Virus record (IMG/VR): IMGVR_UViG_3300025099_004014
Coordinates: 1-36,520 of that record
Length of the DNA stretch: 36,520 nucleotides
Reading direction: 5' to 3' (one strand)
Source of the DNA: a virus
Taxonomy: Duplodnaviria; Caudoviricetes
Shown here: piece by piece, positions 35,854 through 36,520 of the stretch
Numbering within the stretch: position 1 is the first letter of the stretch
How the letters are laid out: the number at the start of each line of letters is the position of its first letter
Made by a program: the position numbers and the translations under genes
The notes under the pieces: model-generated
What the model was told of the DNA's origin: nothing
Databases searched by the model: none
Seen by the model: only the letters and a program-made list of their open reading frames with translations

Positions 35854-35900
35854 CATGAAACTAATTGTATCCTAACCCGCAGTTAGAAACTCATAATCTC

Positions 35901-36520
35901 TTAGGAGATTGTAAGCATCTTGACGCCATTGTCCACAGCAAAGGTCAAGGCGACAACATCACCACCGAGGCCTTGGTCTGTAAGAAGTAGAATACCACCG
36001 CCTGCACCGTCACCGGTAAAAGCAAAAGTGCTTTCCATGATTGTCTGGCGAACATCGAGCAGACCTTCAGCAGCAATAGCACGAGACTCTTCAGCAGAGA
36101 TAGCGTTTAAGTTAGCTATTTCAGCAGCCATAGCACGACCTTCTTCAGCAGATACATCGGCTACACGATCAGCTACCTCATTAGAGATAGCAAGAGAGTT
36201 AGCGTTTTCAGCAGCAATAGCACGAGCCACCTCAGTACCCAAGTCGTTGGTTAGAACGAGTTCGGCAGCCATAGCACGAGCAGTTTCAGTAGCGATATCA
36301 GCTTGGTTAGTAGTTACACCAAATGCGTTAGCAGCTACCTCAACATCAAGCTTGGTCATGCCGTCCATGAGATCCGTAGCAGCAGCCATGTAGCTTGACA
36401 AAGCAAAACCAGGGAAACCACCATCAGCAGCTAGACCGATGGATGTTTCGTGCTTGTCAAATAGAGCATCAGCGTCAGCTTCGTTGCCGTCAACATCAGC
36501 TTGGAGAGCAGACTCAGCAG
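35901..36520 (-). CDS. Ala-rich coiled-coil fibre-like virion protein, 5'-truncated by the window edge
   Basis: The frame stays open beyond the track's 36401 start to the window end (AESALQADVDGNEADADALFDK...). Repeats (A/T)E..RA(I/M)AAE, strong GCT bias, followed by a strong terminator. Confidence 0.75.
   Translation of the reverse strand, partial: AESALQADVDGNEADADALFDKHETSIGLAADGGFPGFALSSYMAAATDLMDGMTKLDVEVAANAFGVTTNQADIATETARAMAAELVLTNDLGTEVARAIAAENANSLAISNEVADRVADVSAEEGRAMAAEIANLNAISAEESRAIAAEGLLDVRQTIMESTFAFTGDGAGGGILLLTDQGLGGDVVALTFAVDNGVKMLTIS

Noticed and set aside
35920-36393. 157-aa plus-strand Ser/Ala-rich ORF
   Set aside because: Antisense shadow of the GCT-rich fibre gene.
1-36520. 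Stop-codon reassignment as in some large phages
   Set aside because: Long genes are intact and tightly packed under code 11, and TAA, TGA and TAG all terminate genes.

Overview
This window is an AT-rich segment of a large contractile-tailed (T4-like or jumbo myovirus-type) phage genome. It uses the standard genetic code and nearly all genes are on the minus strand. Left to right: (i) a baseplate/tail module (1-16.9 kb) with a >1532-aa LamG-containing structural gene missed by the ORF track, a DNRLRE-like protein, gp6-like and gp25-like wedge proteins, a 2081-aa unknown protein, a gp5-like hub region and an M23 peptidase; (ii) a gp55-like late sigma factor, an FmdB zinc ribbon, five consecutive glycosyltransferases and a Cas4/AddB-like nuclease behind a sigma70-type promoter; (iii) an HExxH peptidase, PIN-PhoH, a complete phage tmRNA (tag ANNNAELALAA) with promoter and terminator, an AT-rich palindromic spacer, an acidic protein, and a 666-aa fusion of a ligase/capping-enzyme-fold (KxDG) domain with an HxGH nucleotidyltransferase; (iv) fibre-like proteins, a lipoprotein trypsin-like protease, an oppositely oriented three-gene envelope cassette ending in a myxobacterial-type Cys-repeat/vWA lipoprotein, and a J-domain protein. 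A recurrent (C/A)TANTTA upstream motif looks like the phage late promoter. The best candidates for an undescribed system are the ligase-fold/HxGH fusion near the tmRNA and PIN-PhoH, the GT/nuclease operon, and the envelope lipoprotein cassette. All assignments come from reading motifs by eye; no searches were run.
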